In this document: positions 26,731 through 35,984 of the stretch, one piece after another
Numbering within the stretch: position 1 is the stretch's first letter
How the letters are laid out: the number at the start of each line of letters is the position of its first letter
The notes under the pieces: model-generated
The model's database searches: none
Seen by the model: the letters and a program-made list of their open reading frames with translations, nothing else
What the model was told of the DNA's origin: nothing
NCBI GenBank assembly: GCA_021157735.1
Contig: JAGGVZ010000019.1
Span: forward strand, 1-39,356
Source: a bacterium
GTDB lineage: Bacteria; Patescibacteriota; Microgenomatia; UBA12405; BS750m-G30
DNA: 39,356 bases
Reading direction: 5' to 3'
Position numbers and translations under genes: made by a program

Positions 26731-28591
26731 ACAGTGGTGGGAAAAAATCCGTCAGAAAATTCAGAAAATTCAACCGCCATCCTCGGAAAAACCAAAAGAG
26801 GAAAGTAACTCTTTGGCAGCGGGATTAATTACCGTTCAAGACATCATTGCCCCCTCGGCCATTGAGGTAGATTTCACCTACTTGCGTATCAACAACCGCT
26901 ATTACCGCACTTTTTATGTTGTCAACTACCCCCGCTATGTTAGCCCCACCTGGCTTGCCCCTCTGATTAACTTCGACCAAGAGCTGGATATAGCTATGTA
27001 CATTTACCCCTCCGAAGAAAAAAGGATTCTTGAAGATTTGAAAAAGACCATCGCCCAAATGGAAGCAGAAATCTCTATCGATACCCAACGAGGAAAGGTA
27101 GTTGACCCGGTAACTCAAGCAAAACTAGAAGACGCCCTTCTCCTTCAAGAAAAACTTGCCAAGGGAATAGAAAGATTTTTCCAGTTTGGCCTTTATATCA
27201 CAATTTCTTCAGAATCACTAGAACAACTTAACCGGGCCAGCAAAGAACTACAATCCTCACTGGGAGCCTTGATGATTGTCCCCAAACAGGCAATGCTGGA
27301 GATGGAAGAAGGATTTCGCACCGTCCTTCCCCTTTGTCATGACGAGCTTAATGTCACCCGTAATATGGACACCACCGCCTTGGCAACCACCTTTCCCTTT
27401 GTCTCCAGTGAACTTTCTGATGAAAAAGGGATTATGTACGGTATCAACGAACACAACGGCTCCCTGGTTATTTTTGACCGCTTTTCGATGGAAAACTACA
27501 ACAGTGTTATCTTTGCTAAATCAGGTGCAGGAAAAAGCTATCTCGTCAAATTAGAAGTCCTCCGCCAGTTAATGTTTGATACAGAAGTAATTGTTATTGA
27601 TCCGGAAAATGAATACCGCACCATGTGCCAAGCCCTAGGGGGACAATATATTACCTTTGGCTTCAGTTCTCCTGCCAAAATCAATCCCTTTGACTTGGAA
27701 ATTTCCCTTCACTCGCCAAACCAAGAAGAAAACGAATTAAGCCGAAAAGTTCTTTCCCTTTATAGTCTTTTCCGAATTATCATGGGGAAAATGACTCCCC
27801 AAGAAGAAGCTATTCTTGACCGCGCCCTTATCCAAACTTATAAAAACAAAGGGATTACTATGGACCCCTCCACCCAACAAGGAAAAGAAATGCCTCTTAT
27901 GGAAGATCTCTACAAAGTTCTTATTGGCATGGAGGAAGAGAAAGCGGCTTCTTTAGCTGCCCGCCTGGAGAAGTTTATCAAGGGAGCATTTGCCGGTTTG
28001 TTTAATGCCCAAACCAATGTCAACATTAAAAATAAATTTGTTGTTTTTGGCATCCGCGATTTGGAAGAAGCCCTCCGTCCTATTGCCATGCATATCATTC
28101 TTGACTTTATCTGGAATAAAGTCCGCCAGCAACTTAAAAAGAGAATCCTTGTGGTTGATGAGGCCTGGTATCTAATGCGCTATCCAGACTCTGCTCGTTT
28201 TCTTTACGGAATCGCCAAAAGAGCCCGGAAATACTATCTGGGATTAACCACCATTACCCAAGATGTTGACGACTTTCTCGGCTCCAAATACGGAGGGGCG
28301 ATTGTCAAAAACTCCTCTATGCAAATTCTCCTCAAACAACATCCAGCTGCTATTGACCAAGTAGGAGATATCTTTTATCTCTCTCAAGGAGAAAGGCAAT
28401 TCCTTCTCTCCGCTGATGTTGGTGAAGGAATTTTCTTTGCCGGGCAAAACCATGTCGCTATCAAAATCATTGCCTCTCCCCAAGAACACAAACTAATCAC
28501 TTCCAACCCAGCAGAATTAATAAAAAGACAGCAACCAAAATCTCCTCCCCAAAACCCTCCCCCTTCTGGTAAACTACCAGAGAGGCAATGA
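26723..28591 (+). CDS. VirB4/TraC-family type IV secretion ATPase
   Basis: 622 aa. Walker A FAKSGAGKSYLVK, Walker B RILVVDEAWYLM, then ITQDVDDF. The N-terminal VirB4-type domain follows a PrgI-like gene, as in Gram-positive T4SS loci. Confidence 0.85.
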   Translation: MDKQWWEKIRQKIQKIQPPSSEKPKEESNSLAAGLITVQDIIAPSAIEVDFTYLRINNRYYRTFYVVNYPRYVSPTWLAPLINFDQELDIAMYIYPSEEKRILEDLKKTIAQMEAEISIDTQRGKVVDPVTQAKLEDALLLQEKLAKGIERFFQFGLYITISSESLEQLNRASKELQSSLGALMIVPKQAMLEMEEGFRTVLPLCHDELNVTRNMDTTALATTFPFVSSELSDEKGIMYGINEHNGSLVIFDRFSMENYNSVIFAKSGAGKSYLVKLEVLRQLMFDTEVIVIDPENEYRTMCQALGGQYITFGFSSPAKINPFDLEISLHSPNQEENELSRKVLSLYSLFRIIMGKMTPQEEAILDRALIQTYKNKGITMDPSTQQGKEMPLMEDLYKVLIGMEEEKAASLAARLEKFIKGAFAGLFNAQTNVNIKNKFVVFGIRDLEEALRPIAMHIILDFIWNKVRQQLKKRILVVDEAWYLMRYPDSARFLYGIAKRARKYYLGLTTITQDVDDFLGSKYGGAIVKNSSMQILLKQHPAAIDQVGDIFYLSQGERQFLLSADVGEGIFFAGQNHVAIKIIASPQEHKLITSNPAELIKRQQPKSPPQNPPPSGKLPERQ

Positions 28592-30813
28592 AAAAAACTA
28601 AAAAGACGCTCAAAAAAATTATCAAAAAAATGCCCTCCCGTTGGTGGCTAATTGCCGCCGCAGGAGTTGTTCTTCTTTTAGGAGGTGGGATTACTTCCCT
28701 TCTCCTCTCTCTCCCCTCTCCCAAAAAACTCACTACCTTCCCCTATCCCGCCTCTACTTTGATTATGGACCGCCACGGGAAAGTCCTTTACGAAATCTAT
28801 GCCGAAAAAAATCGCATCCCGGTTAAGCTTGAACAAATTCCTCCCTATCTTCGTCAGGCAACCTTAGCGATTGAGGATAAAAATTTTTACCACCACCACG
28901 GCTTTGACTTCCGGGGAATTTTCCGGGCTTTTTACCATATTGTCGTCCACCACCAGCTTCAAGGAGGCTCTACCATTACCCAGCAGCTGGTCAAAAATGC
29001 CCTTTTAACCCCGGAAAGAACTTTAAAGAGAAAGATAAAAGAAGCTTTTTTAACCATTGCTACCGAAATTATCTATAGCAAAGATCAGATTTTGGAAATG
29101 TACTTCAACCAGACCCCTTATGGGGGAACAGCCTGGGGAGTGCAAGCAGCAGCAAAAACATATTTTGGTAAAGATGTCAGTGAGCTGACGTTGGCCGAAG
29201 CCGCTCTCCTTGCCGGCCTCCCCGCTGCTCCCACCCGCTATTCCCCCTTCATTCACCCTGATTTAGCCAAAAAGCGCCAAGAATTAGTTTTGGATAAAAT
29301 GGTAGAAAACGGTTTTATCTCTCCCCAAGATGCCCAAAAAGCCAAAGAAGAAAAACTGCACTTTGTTTCTCCCCAGACAAAAATTCTCGCTCCTCATTTT
29401 GTCTTTTATGTCAAAGAAAAGTTAGTAGAAAAATACGGACAAGCAAGGGTAGAAACAGGGGGGTTACGGGTCAAAACTACCCTTGACTGGGACTTGCAAC
29501 AATTTGCCCAAGCAACCGTTGCTACCGAGATAGCCAAACTGAAAAAATATCACGTCACCAATGGGGCGGCCTTAGTGACCAATCCTAAAACTGGAGAAAT
29601 TCTAGCAATGGTTGGTTCCAAAGACTACTTTGCTGAAGATATTGACGGCAAGTTCAACGTCACCACCGCCTTGCGCCAGCCCGGGTCGGCAATAAAACCA
29701 ATCAACTATGCCGACGGTCTGCTTCACCGCCGGGTAACCCTGGCAACAGTCTTCAACGACTTGCCTACCTGTTTTATTGTTGGTGGCCAACCTAAAGCTT
29801 ATTGTCCCCGCAACTATGACGGTCGTTTTCGCGGTCCTGTTCAACTCCGTTTTGCCCTCGGCAATTCCCTGAATATCCCGGCAGTAAAAATGCTGGCTAT
29901 CAACGGCCTTGACAGTTTTATCCAAACCGCCCAAAAAATGGGCATTGAGACTTTTACCAACCCCCAACGCTATGGTCTCTCTCTGACCTTGGGAGGAGGA
30001 GAAGTAAGGATGACGCAGATGGCGACTGCCTTTGGTGTTTTTGCCAACATGGGAATCCGCCGCGATCTTACCGCTATTCTAGAGGTTAAAGATAAAGACG
30101 GCCGAGTCTTAGAAAAAAAGGATTTTTCCACCGGAAAAAGAGTTCTTCCTCCAGAAGTAGCCTATCTTATCAACCACACCCTTCTGGATAACAACGCCCG
30201 CAGCGCCGTCTTTGGTCCTCATTCCTGGCTGGTAGTGAAAAACCATCCCGAAGTTTCAGTAAAAACTGGCACTACCAATGACAAAAGAGACAACTGGACC
30301 ATTGGCTATAATCCCGATATCCTGGTGGCTGTCTGGGTGGGAAATAATGACAACTCTCCGATGAGCGCTGTTGCTTCAGGAACCACCGGCGCTTCCCCCA
30401 TCTGGAACAAAATCATCAGTTTTGCCTTGAAAGACAAACCCCAGAAATGGCCTCCCAAACCCCAAGGGATTGTAGGAAAAACTATCTGTAATGAAACCGG
30501 TTTTCTCCCCCCTCCAGAAGGATGCTCCCTTCGCTTTGAATATTTCATCAAAGGTACAGAACCCACCCAAGCAGTTCCTTTAAGAAGGAATATTCTCATC
30601 GACAAGGATACTAACCAACCTGTCCAACCGGGAGAAAAGAAAGAAAACACCGAGTGGCAGTCTCACCTGGCTGTGGTTGATCTTTTGGGGACTGTTTCCT
30701 GTCTGGATTGTCCTTCCAGTGAGGAAAAGTCGCCGGCCAAAATTTTTATCAAAGACAACCGCAAACCGTTTCCCACCCTCGCTCCTTCTTCTCCGCAAAC
30801 AAATCCGTTATAA
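28588..30813 (+). CDS. Class A penicillin-binding protein (glycosyltransferase GT51 + transpeptidase), copy 1
   Basis: 741 aa. TM anchor. GT51 motifs EDKNFYHHHGFD, GGSTITQQLVKN and RKIKE. Transpeptidase motifs GSAIKP (SxxK), SLN and KTGTT. ATGA overlap with the VirB4 stop. Confidence 0.9.
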   Translation: MKKTKKTLKKIIKKMPSRWWLIAAAGVVLLLGGGITSLLLSLPSPKKLTTFPYPASTLIMDRHGKVLYEIYAEKNRIPVKLEQIPPYLRQATLAIEDKNFYHHHGFDFRGIFRAFYHIVVHHQLQGGSTITQQLVKNALLTPERTLKRKIKEAFLTIATEIIYSKDQILEMYFNQTPYGGTAWGVQAAAKTYFGKDVSELTLAEAALLAGLPAAPTRYSPFIHPDLAKKRQELVLDKMVENGFISPQDAQKAKEEKLHFVSPQTKILAPHFVFYVKEKLVEKYGQARVETGGLRVKTTLDWDLQQFAQATVATEIAKLKKYHVTNGAALVTNPKTGEILAMVGSKDYFAEDIDGKFNVTTALRQPGSAIKPINYADGLLHRRVTLATVFNDLPTCFIVGGQPKAYCPRNYDGRFRGPVQLRFALGNSLNIPAVKMLAINGLDSFIQTAQKMGIETFTNPQRYGLSLTLGGGEVRMTQMATAFGVFANMGIRRDLTAILEVKDKDGRVLEKKDFSTGKRVLPPEVAYLINHTLLDNNARSAVFGPHSWLVVKNHPEVSVKTGTTNDKRDNWTIGYNPDILVAVWVGNNDNSPMSAVASGTTGASPIWNKIISFALKDKPQKWPPKPQGIVGKTICNETGFLPPPEGCSLRFEYFIKGTEPTQAVPLRRNILIDKDTNQPVQPGEKKENTEWQSHLAVVDLLGTVSCLDCPSSEEKSPAKIFIKDNRKPFPTLAPSSPQTNPL

Positions 30814-30822
30814 TCATTCAAG

Positions 30823-31050
30823 ATGCACTGGCAAAAGTTGCTTATCTTAAATAGGAAAAAGGGGAGTGTCCTTTTGGGAACAGAGGTGCTGGCAATCCTT
30901 CTTCACAATTTCCTCGGTGCCTGGTTAAAAACAGAAGAGGCTTTCTTTTTCGTCATCGCTGTTTTACTTATTCCCGGATACTTCCTGTTGAGCATTTTGT
31001 TTACCACTGTTTCTTTAGTGAGTAAAAAAATAGACTCTTCCCGGAAATAA
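30823..31050 (+). CDS. Small hypothetical two-helix membrane protein
   Basis: 75-aa ORF between the two PBP genes with two hydrophobic segments. No recognisable motif; coding status is uncertain. Confidence 0.3.
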   Translation: MHWQKLLILNRKKGSVLLGTEVLAILLHNFLGAWLKTEEAFFFVIAVLLIPGYFLLSILFTTVSLVSKKIDSSRK

Positions 31051-31081
31051 AAAACAAATTCTCACCTTTTAATTTTTCCCA

Positions 31082-31111
31082 TTGCCCCTCCCCTTCTTCT
31101 CCCGCTATAAT
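31082..31111 (+). promoter_or_regulatory. Candidate promoter for PBP copy 2
   Basis: TTGCCC - 18 nt - TATAAT, ending 17 nt before the ATG at 31129. Confidence 0.3.
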
Positions 31112-31128
31112 TAACTGATCCTTTAAAA

Positions 31129-33282
31129 ATGAAAAAACTTCTTCTTCCTTTTACCATTATTGGCCGTTTTTTTCTCCGCTTTTTCTATTTTATCGGCCAT
31201 CCTCTTTATCTTTTGGGGCTGTTTTTAGGAAAAAGTCTCCTTTCTTCTCTATTTCTTTTCCGCCCCTTTTTGCTTTTTCTTGGAAAAAGAATAGTTATCC
31301 TTTTGGCTACCTTTACTCTTTTTCTGATTTCTTTCTGGTTTTTTATCCTTAAAGATCTTCCCTCGCCCAACAAACTCAACCAGCGTTTTTTACCCCTTTC
31401 TACCAAAATCTACGATAGAAAAGGAAGACTCCTTTACAAAATCTACCGTCACCAAAACCGCACCTTAATTCCCTTAGATGACCTTCCCCCTTTTCTTATC
31501 CAAGCAACTGTTGCCGCCGAAGACAAAGAATTCTGGCAACACCGGGGAATTTCTCTGCGAGGAATAGTCAGAGCTCTAATTCATAATCTCTCCCACCCTC
31601 ACCATTCCTTAATGGGAGGCTCCACTATTACCCAGCAGCTGGTCAAAAATGCCCTTTTAACCCCGGAAAAGACATGGCGACGGAAGTTAAAAGAAATGAT
31701 TCTTGCCCTTTGGGTGGAGACAAAATTTTCTAAAAAAGAGATTCTCCAAATGTATCTTAACGAAGTTCCCTATGGAGGAACTGCTTATGGAATCGAAGAA
31801 GCTGCCCAAAAATACTTTGGCAAATCAGCTCGGGAACTCAACCCCGCGGAAGCCGCCCTTCTTGCCGGCCTCCCTGCTGCTCCCACCCGCTATTCTCCTT
31901 TTGGCGCCTACCCCCAACTGGCCAAAAAACGCCAAAAACAAGTTCTTGAAGAGATGGTCAAAGCAGGCTATCTCCTCCCCGAACAAGCTGCCCAAATTGC
32001 CAAAACCCCTCTTTACTTTTCCTTCCAAGCCAATCATCTAAAAGCACCTCATTTTGTTTTTTATGTTAAAGATCTTTTAGTTGAAGAGTACGGTCAAAAT
32101 CTAGTTGAACAGGGAGGATTGGTAGTTACCACCACTCTCGACTTAGAACTGCAAGAAAAAGCAGAAAAAATCCTCCGCGAGGAATTGGAAAAAATCAAAA
32201 ATCTTCATGTGACCAACGGGGCAATCTTAATCATCCATCCTCCCACCGGAGAAATCCTGGCAATGGTTGGCTCCAAAGACTACTTTGATTTTCAAAATCA
32301 AGGAAACGTTAATGTGGTGCTTTCCCCCCGTCAACCGGGATCTACTATTAAGGTCGTCAACTATGCTGTTGCCCTCCAGAAAGGTTTCACTCCCGCTACC
32401 ATTCTCTCTGATACTCCGGTAACTTTTCGCCTCTCCCGGTGGCAAACATACTCCCCCAAAAATTATGATCGTAAGTTCCACGGAAAAGTTCCCTTAAGGG
32501 TTGCCTTTGCCTCTTCTTTAAATGTTCCCGCGGTTAAGGTTCTTGCCGCAGTAGGAGTAGAGGAAATGGTCAAGATGGGAAAGAAAATGGGTATCACCAC
32601 CTGGGACAATTCTCAACGCTTTGGCCTTTCTCTAACTCTGGGAGGAGGAGAGGTAAAAATGATTGACTTGGCCCAGGTTTATTCTGTTCTCGCTAATTTA
32701 GGGATAAAAGTTCCCTTAAAAGCAATTCTCAAAGTACAACAACCACAAAAAGCTTTGGACTTTCCCTCACCCCCCTCCCAAGAAGTTCTTGACCCGGGGG
32801 TAGCTTTTCTTATCAACGACATCCTCAGCGATAACAAAGCACGAACGCTGGGATTTGGTCCTCACTCTCTTCTTAACATTCCTAACAAAACAGTGGCGGT
32901 CAAAACCGGTACCAGCAACAACCTTCGCGACAACTGGGCTATTGGCTATACCCCTCAATTTCTCGTAGCCGTCTGGGTGGGAAATAATGACAACTCTCCG
33001 ATGAGCAAAATTGCCTCGGGAATTACTGGGGCTACTCCTATCTGGCGACGGCTCACCGATTATCTTCTCACCCAATATCCCCAAACTGGTTGGCCCAAAC
33101 CCAAAAATGTTGTCTCTCTGGCTATTTGTCGTCCAACCGGAACTCTTCCCTGTCAAGGATGCCCTTTGATAGAAAATGAGTATTTCCTTACCTCTTTTCT
33201 CCCCAAAACTGCTTGCCGCCCTGCCTGGTTTTCTCCTAATCAGTCACCAAAAACCAGTAAATCTTCTCTGTCATCCCTCTAA
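31129..33282 (+). CDS. Class A penicillin-binding protein, copy 2
   Basis: 717 aa. Long hydrophobic N-terminus. Motifs EDKEFWQHRGIS, GGSTITQQLVKN, GSTIKV (SxxK), SLN and KTGTS. Confidence 0.9.
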   Translation: MKKLLLPFTIIGRFFLRFFYFIGHPLYLLGLFLGKSLLSSLFLFRPFLLFLGKRIVILLATFTLFLISFWFFILKDLPSPNKLNQRFLPLSTKIYDRKGRLLYKIYRHQNRTLIPLDDLPPFLIQATVAAEDKEFWQHRGISLRGIVRALIHNLSHPHHSLMGGSTITQQLVKNALLTPEKTWRRKLKEMILALWVETKFSKKEILQMYLNEVPYGGTAYGIEEAAQKYFGKSARELNPAEAALLAGLPAAPTRYSPFGAYPQLAKKRQKQVLEEMVKAGYLLPEQAAQIAKTPLYFSFQANHLKAPHFVFYVKDLLVEEYGQNLVEQGGLVVTTTLDLELQEKAEKILREELEKIKNLHVTNGAILIIHPPTGEILAMVGSKDYFDFQNQGNVNVVLSPRQPGSTIKVVNYAVALQKGFTPATILSDTPVTFRLSRWQTYSPKNYDRKFHGKVPLRVAFASSLNVPAVKVLAAVGVEEMVKMGKKMGITTWDNSQRFGLSLTLGGGEVKMIDLAQVYSVLANLGIKVPLKAILKVQQPQKALDFPSPPSQEVLDPGVAFLINDILSDNKARTLGFGPHSLLNIPNKTVAVKTGTSNNLRDNWAIGYTPQFLVAVWVGNNDNSPMSKIASGITGATPIWRRLTDYLLTQYPQTGWPKPKNVVSLAICRPTGTLPCQGCPLIENEYFLTSFLPKTACRPAWFSPNQSPKTSKSSLSSL

Positions 33283-34285
33283 TTAATGCCTCTCCGGCAG
33301 GAAGAGAGGTGTGGCGAGAAAGAAAAACTAAAAGGATTGGCTGGCCGGGAACAAATATCACCCCAGCGTCATTCACCACCCCCTGCTCCGTTCCCACCTT
33401 ATGGGAAACTTTTATCCCCTCCGGCACTCCCTTGGGAATCCTGTTCTCAAAAGCAGTCTTGGTTAATGCCTCCCAAAACTGGGCCTGATGTTCTTTTTTA
33501 GTAATAATCTCTCCCCGATAAAGGCGCCGGAAAAACAGGGCCATGTCGGCGGCGGTAGTCATATTATCAGCCAGGGAAGTATGGGTCATTCCCCATTGGC
33601 GGATTTTTTCTTCTATCGTCTCCCTCCCCAACACCCGACAGAGTATAGTAAAGGCAGTATTATCAGACTGATTAAGAGAAAGAAAGGCTAATTTTTGCAA
33701 AGATATTTTGGTTCCAATCGGTTGACTGGCCAAACTGCCTGCTCCTCCAGTGATATCCTCTTTTTTCAAAACCACCTTTTCATCAAGACGATACTTTCTC
33801 TCCTCTACCAAAGAGTACAAAGTAGCTACCACCGGCAATTTAATCAAAGAGGCTGCCAAAAAAGGCTCGTTTTCTTGGTGTTTCCAAACAAAATCTCCCT
33901 CCATCTCCTCCACCCAAATAGCCCAGTTTTTTTCTCTTCCGGAAAGAAACTCTTCCAAAAGCAAACTTAACTCTTCAGGCTTTTTCTTTCTGGAGAAACT
34001 AAAAAAAGAGAGCCAGTGATAATGCTTCTGGGGCATCTTTTCTCCTTTTATTGGAGAGGGGGAAGATTTTTGCCAGGAAACTCCTTTTTTTTGAATTTGC
34101 GTCAAAACCAAAAAGAAAAGCGACATCCCCACCGTTAAACCAAACACTAACCCAATTATCTTCCGCTCTTTTACCAAATCTCTTTTTTTCTCTTTTTTTC
34201 TGCTTTTCTCCAACGCCAGCAGGGAAGGAAAAGCTTCCTGATGTTGCTTTTCCCCGCGAAAAGCTAATGGGCTTTTTTTAGCCAT
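33236..34285 (-). CDS. Membrane-anchored serine hydrolase of the class A beta-lactamase / DD-peptidase fold
   Basis: 349 aa. N-terminal TM helix. Motifs ASLIKLPV (SxxK), QSDN (SxN) and HKVGT (KTG-like). Its 3' end overlaps PBP copy 2 by 47 nt (convergent). Confidence 0.72.
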   Translation of the reverse strand: MAKKSPLAFRGEKQHQEAFPSLLALEKSRKKEKKRDLVKERKIIGLVFGLTVGMSLFFLVLTQIQKKGVSWQKSSPSPIKGEKMPQKHYHWLSFFSFSRKKKPEELSLLLEEFLSGREKNWAIWVEEMEGDFVWKHQENEPFLAASLIKLPVVATLYSLVEERKYRLDEKVVLKKEDITGGAGSLASQPIGTKISLQKLAFLSLNQSDNTAFTILCRVLGRETIEEKIRQWGMTHTSLADNMTTAADMALFFRRLYRGEIITKKEHQAQFWEALTKTAFENRIPKGVPEGIKVSHKVGTEQGVVNDAGVIFVPGQPILLVFLSRHTSLPAGEALIRGMTEKIYWFLVTD

Positions 34286-35205
34286 TTTTTCAATCCTCTT
34301 CTTGTCAATAACCCTTGTTTGGCACCGAAGTGTTCTACCACGGAAGCAGCATTAGCAAGCCCCCAAAGCACCGCCTCTCCCGGCGATACTCCGGCCAAAA
34401 ACCCGCCAATTAAACCACTGCAAAAAGCATCACCTGCCCCAGTTGTCTCCCGCCGTTGGGCAGAAAAAGGAAGATAATGAGTTTCTTCTTTTTGCTGAGG
34501 GAAAACTAACCAGCATCCTTTTTTTCCTTCCGTAATCACCATTGTTCTTACCGGCAGACGAAAGACCTTTTGCCAAAACTCCTTTTTGCCTACCAACAAT
34601 TCTCCCTCTTCTTTATTAACTATCAAAATCTTAACCAGAGGGAGAAGAGAGATTACCGTCTCTCGTTGAACTAGTTCTCTTATCCCTGGATTCCAGGAAA
34701 CTTCTATTCCTCTCTCTTGAGCAAAAGTAAGCAGTCTCTTGGCTAGTTTTAAATTACCTTCCAGAGAAGAAAGATGAAACCAATCAGCGGTCAGCTTTTC
34801 CCAAGGGATATTTTCTTCTTCTAACCTCGTCTTCCCCCGGGAAACCAAGATAACTTTTTCGCCGTTTTCCCCCACCAAAATAGTACTGTAATCAGTGGTT
34901 TCTCCGGGAACTACCGCCAGCATATCTGTCTCTACCCCTTCCCTTCTTAACTCTTCCTTAATCAAAGGAGCAAACTCATCTTGTCCCAAACGGGCAACCA
35001 CTCCGGTTTTGAAACCTAACCGCCGCAGCCCTACCGCTACATTCGTTCCCCCTCCTCCGCTAGTAATCAGCTCTTTGGTGACCTCAATTTTCTCATCAAA
35101 AGGAAAAGAAAGCTTCTTTTTCCCTGAGAAAGCTTCACTAGTCAAAAAAACATCCACCGTTGCCGAACCAAAAGTAATTACCTTCAAAAAATTCCTTTTT
35201 TTCAT
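34264..35205 (-). CDS. PfkB-family carbohydrate kinase
   Basis: 313 aa. Motifs SGGGGTNVAVGLRRLG and TTGAGDAFCSG. Confidence 0.85.
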   Translation of the reverse strand: MKKRNFLKVITFGSATVDVFLTSEAFSGKKKLSFPFDEKIEVTKELITSGGGGTNVAVGLRRLGFKTGVVARLGQDEFAPLIKEELRREGVETDMLAVVPGETTDYSTILVGENGEKVILVSRGKTRLEEENIPWEKLTADWFHLSSLEGNLKLAKRLLTFAQERGIEVSWNPGIRELVQRETVISLLPLVKILIVNKEEGELLVGKKEFWQKVFRLPVRTMVITEGKKGCWLVFPQQKEETHYLPFSAQRRETTGAGDAFCSGLIGGFLAGVSPGEAVLWGLANAASVVEHFGAKQGLLTRRGLKKWLKKAH

Positions 35206-35972
35206 CCTAAAGACAGAAGTAGCTTAACCTTTTCTTGTAAACTTTCTTTCACCGGCTTCATTAACTCATAGATTCTCAACCCTTGATAATGAGCTAAAGA
35301 TTTCTCTACCTCCTCCCGGTAAGTTATCCGCAAAAGGGTATTAATATTTACCTTAACCACCAGTTTTTCTTTTATCGCCCTTTCCAACTCCTCCAAAGGG
35401 ACTCCAGAACCACCGTGAAGAGTTAATCCTGTTTCCTCTCCAACTGCTTCTTTAAGAGCCCTCAGCTGGGAGAAATCCAAATGCTCTGGCTTTTGGGGAT
35501 CCATCCCGTGACGATTACCGGCAAAAACAGCTACCAAATCCACACCAGTTTTTCTTTGAAACTCAGCTGCTTTCTTTACCTCTGTCCAATCTGCCTGAGG
35601 CTCTCCCTCCACCAAAACTCCCTGAGAGTGAGCCATCTCTACTACTCTTCTGGTTTGGGCAATATTTTCTTCCCAAGGCAAATCCGAACCATCAAAATGA
35701 ACCATATCAAAACCTTGTTGAATAGCTTTTTCCAAAACAGGCCAGCTACTGCCGTGGTCAATATTGAGAAAAACACCACCCCTTTTCTGCCAGGGGAAAG
35801 TTATCCGGAAAAAATTCTCCATCCCCCACCAGTTAACCTCTCCTTCAGAAAGCTGAACAATCAAAGGTTTTCCCGTTTCTTCAAAAGCCTCCAGAACTGC
35901 TTTAAGAACAACAAAATCATCAATATTGAAAGCAAAAAGACAGCTGTCTTTGAAGGCCTCTTTTAGTTTCAT
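35202..35972 (-). CDS. Class II ketose-bisphosphate aldolase family protein (short form)
   Basis: 256 aa. Motifs LNIDHGS, HFDGS, AGNRHG, TLHGGSGVP and KVNINT. Confidence 0.8.
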   Translation of the reverse strand: MKLKEAFKDSCLFAFNIDDFVVLKAVLEAFEETGKPLIVQLSEGEVNWWGMENFFRITFPWQKRGGVFLNIDHGSSWPVLEKAIQQGFDMVHFDGSDLPWEENIAQTRRVVEMAHSQGVLVEGEPQADWTEVKKAAEFQRKTGVDLVAVFAGNRHGMDPQKPEHLDFSQLRALKEAVGEETGLTLHGGSGVPLEELERAIKEKLVVKVNINTLLRITYREEVEKSLAHYQGLRIYELMKPVKESLQEKVKLLLSLG

Positions 35973-35984
35973 AAAACCATTTTA

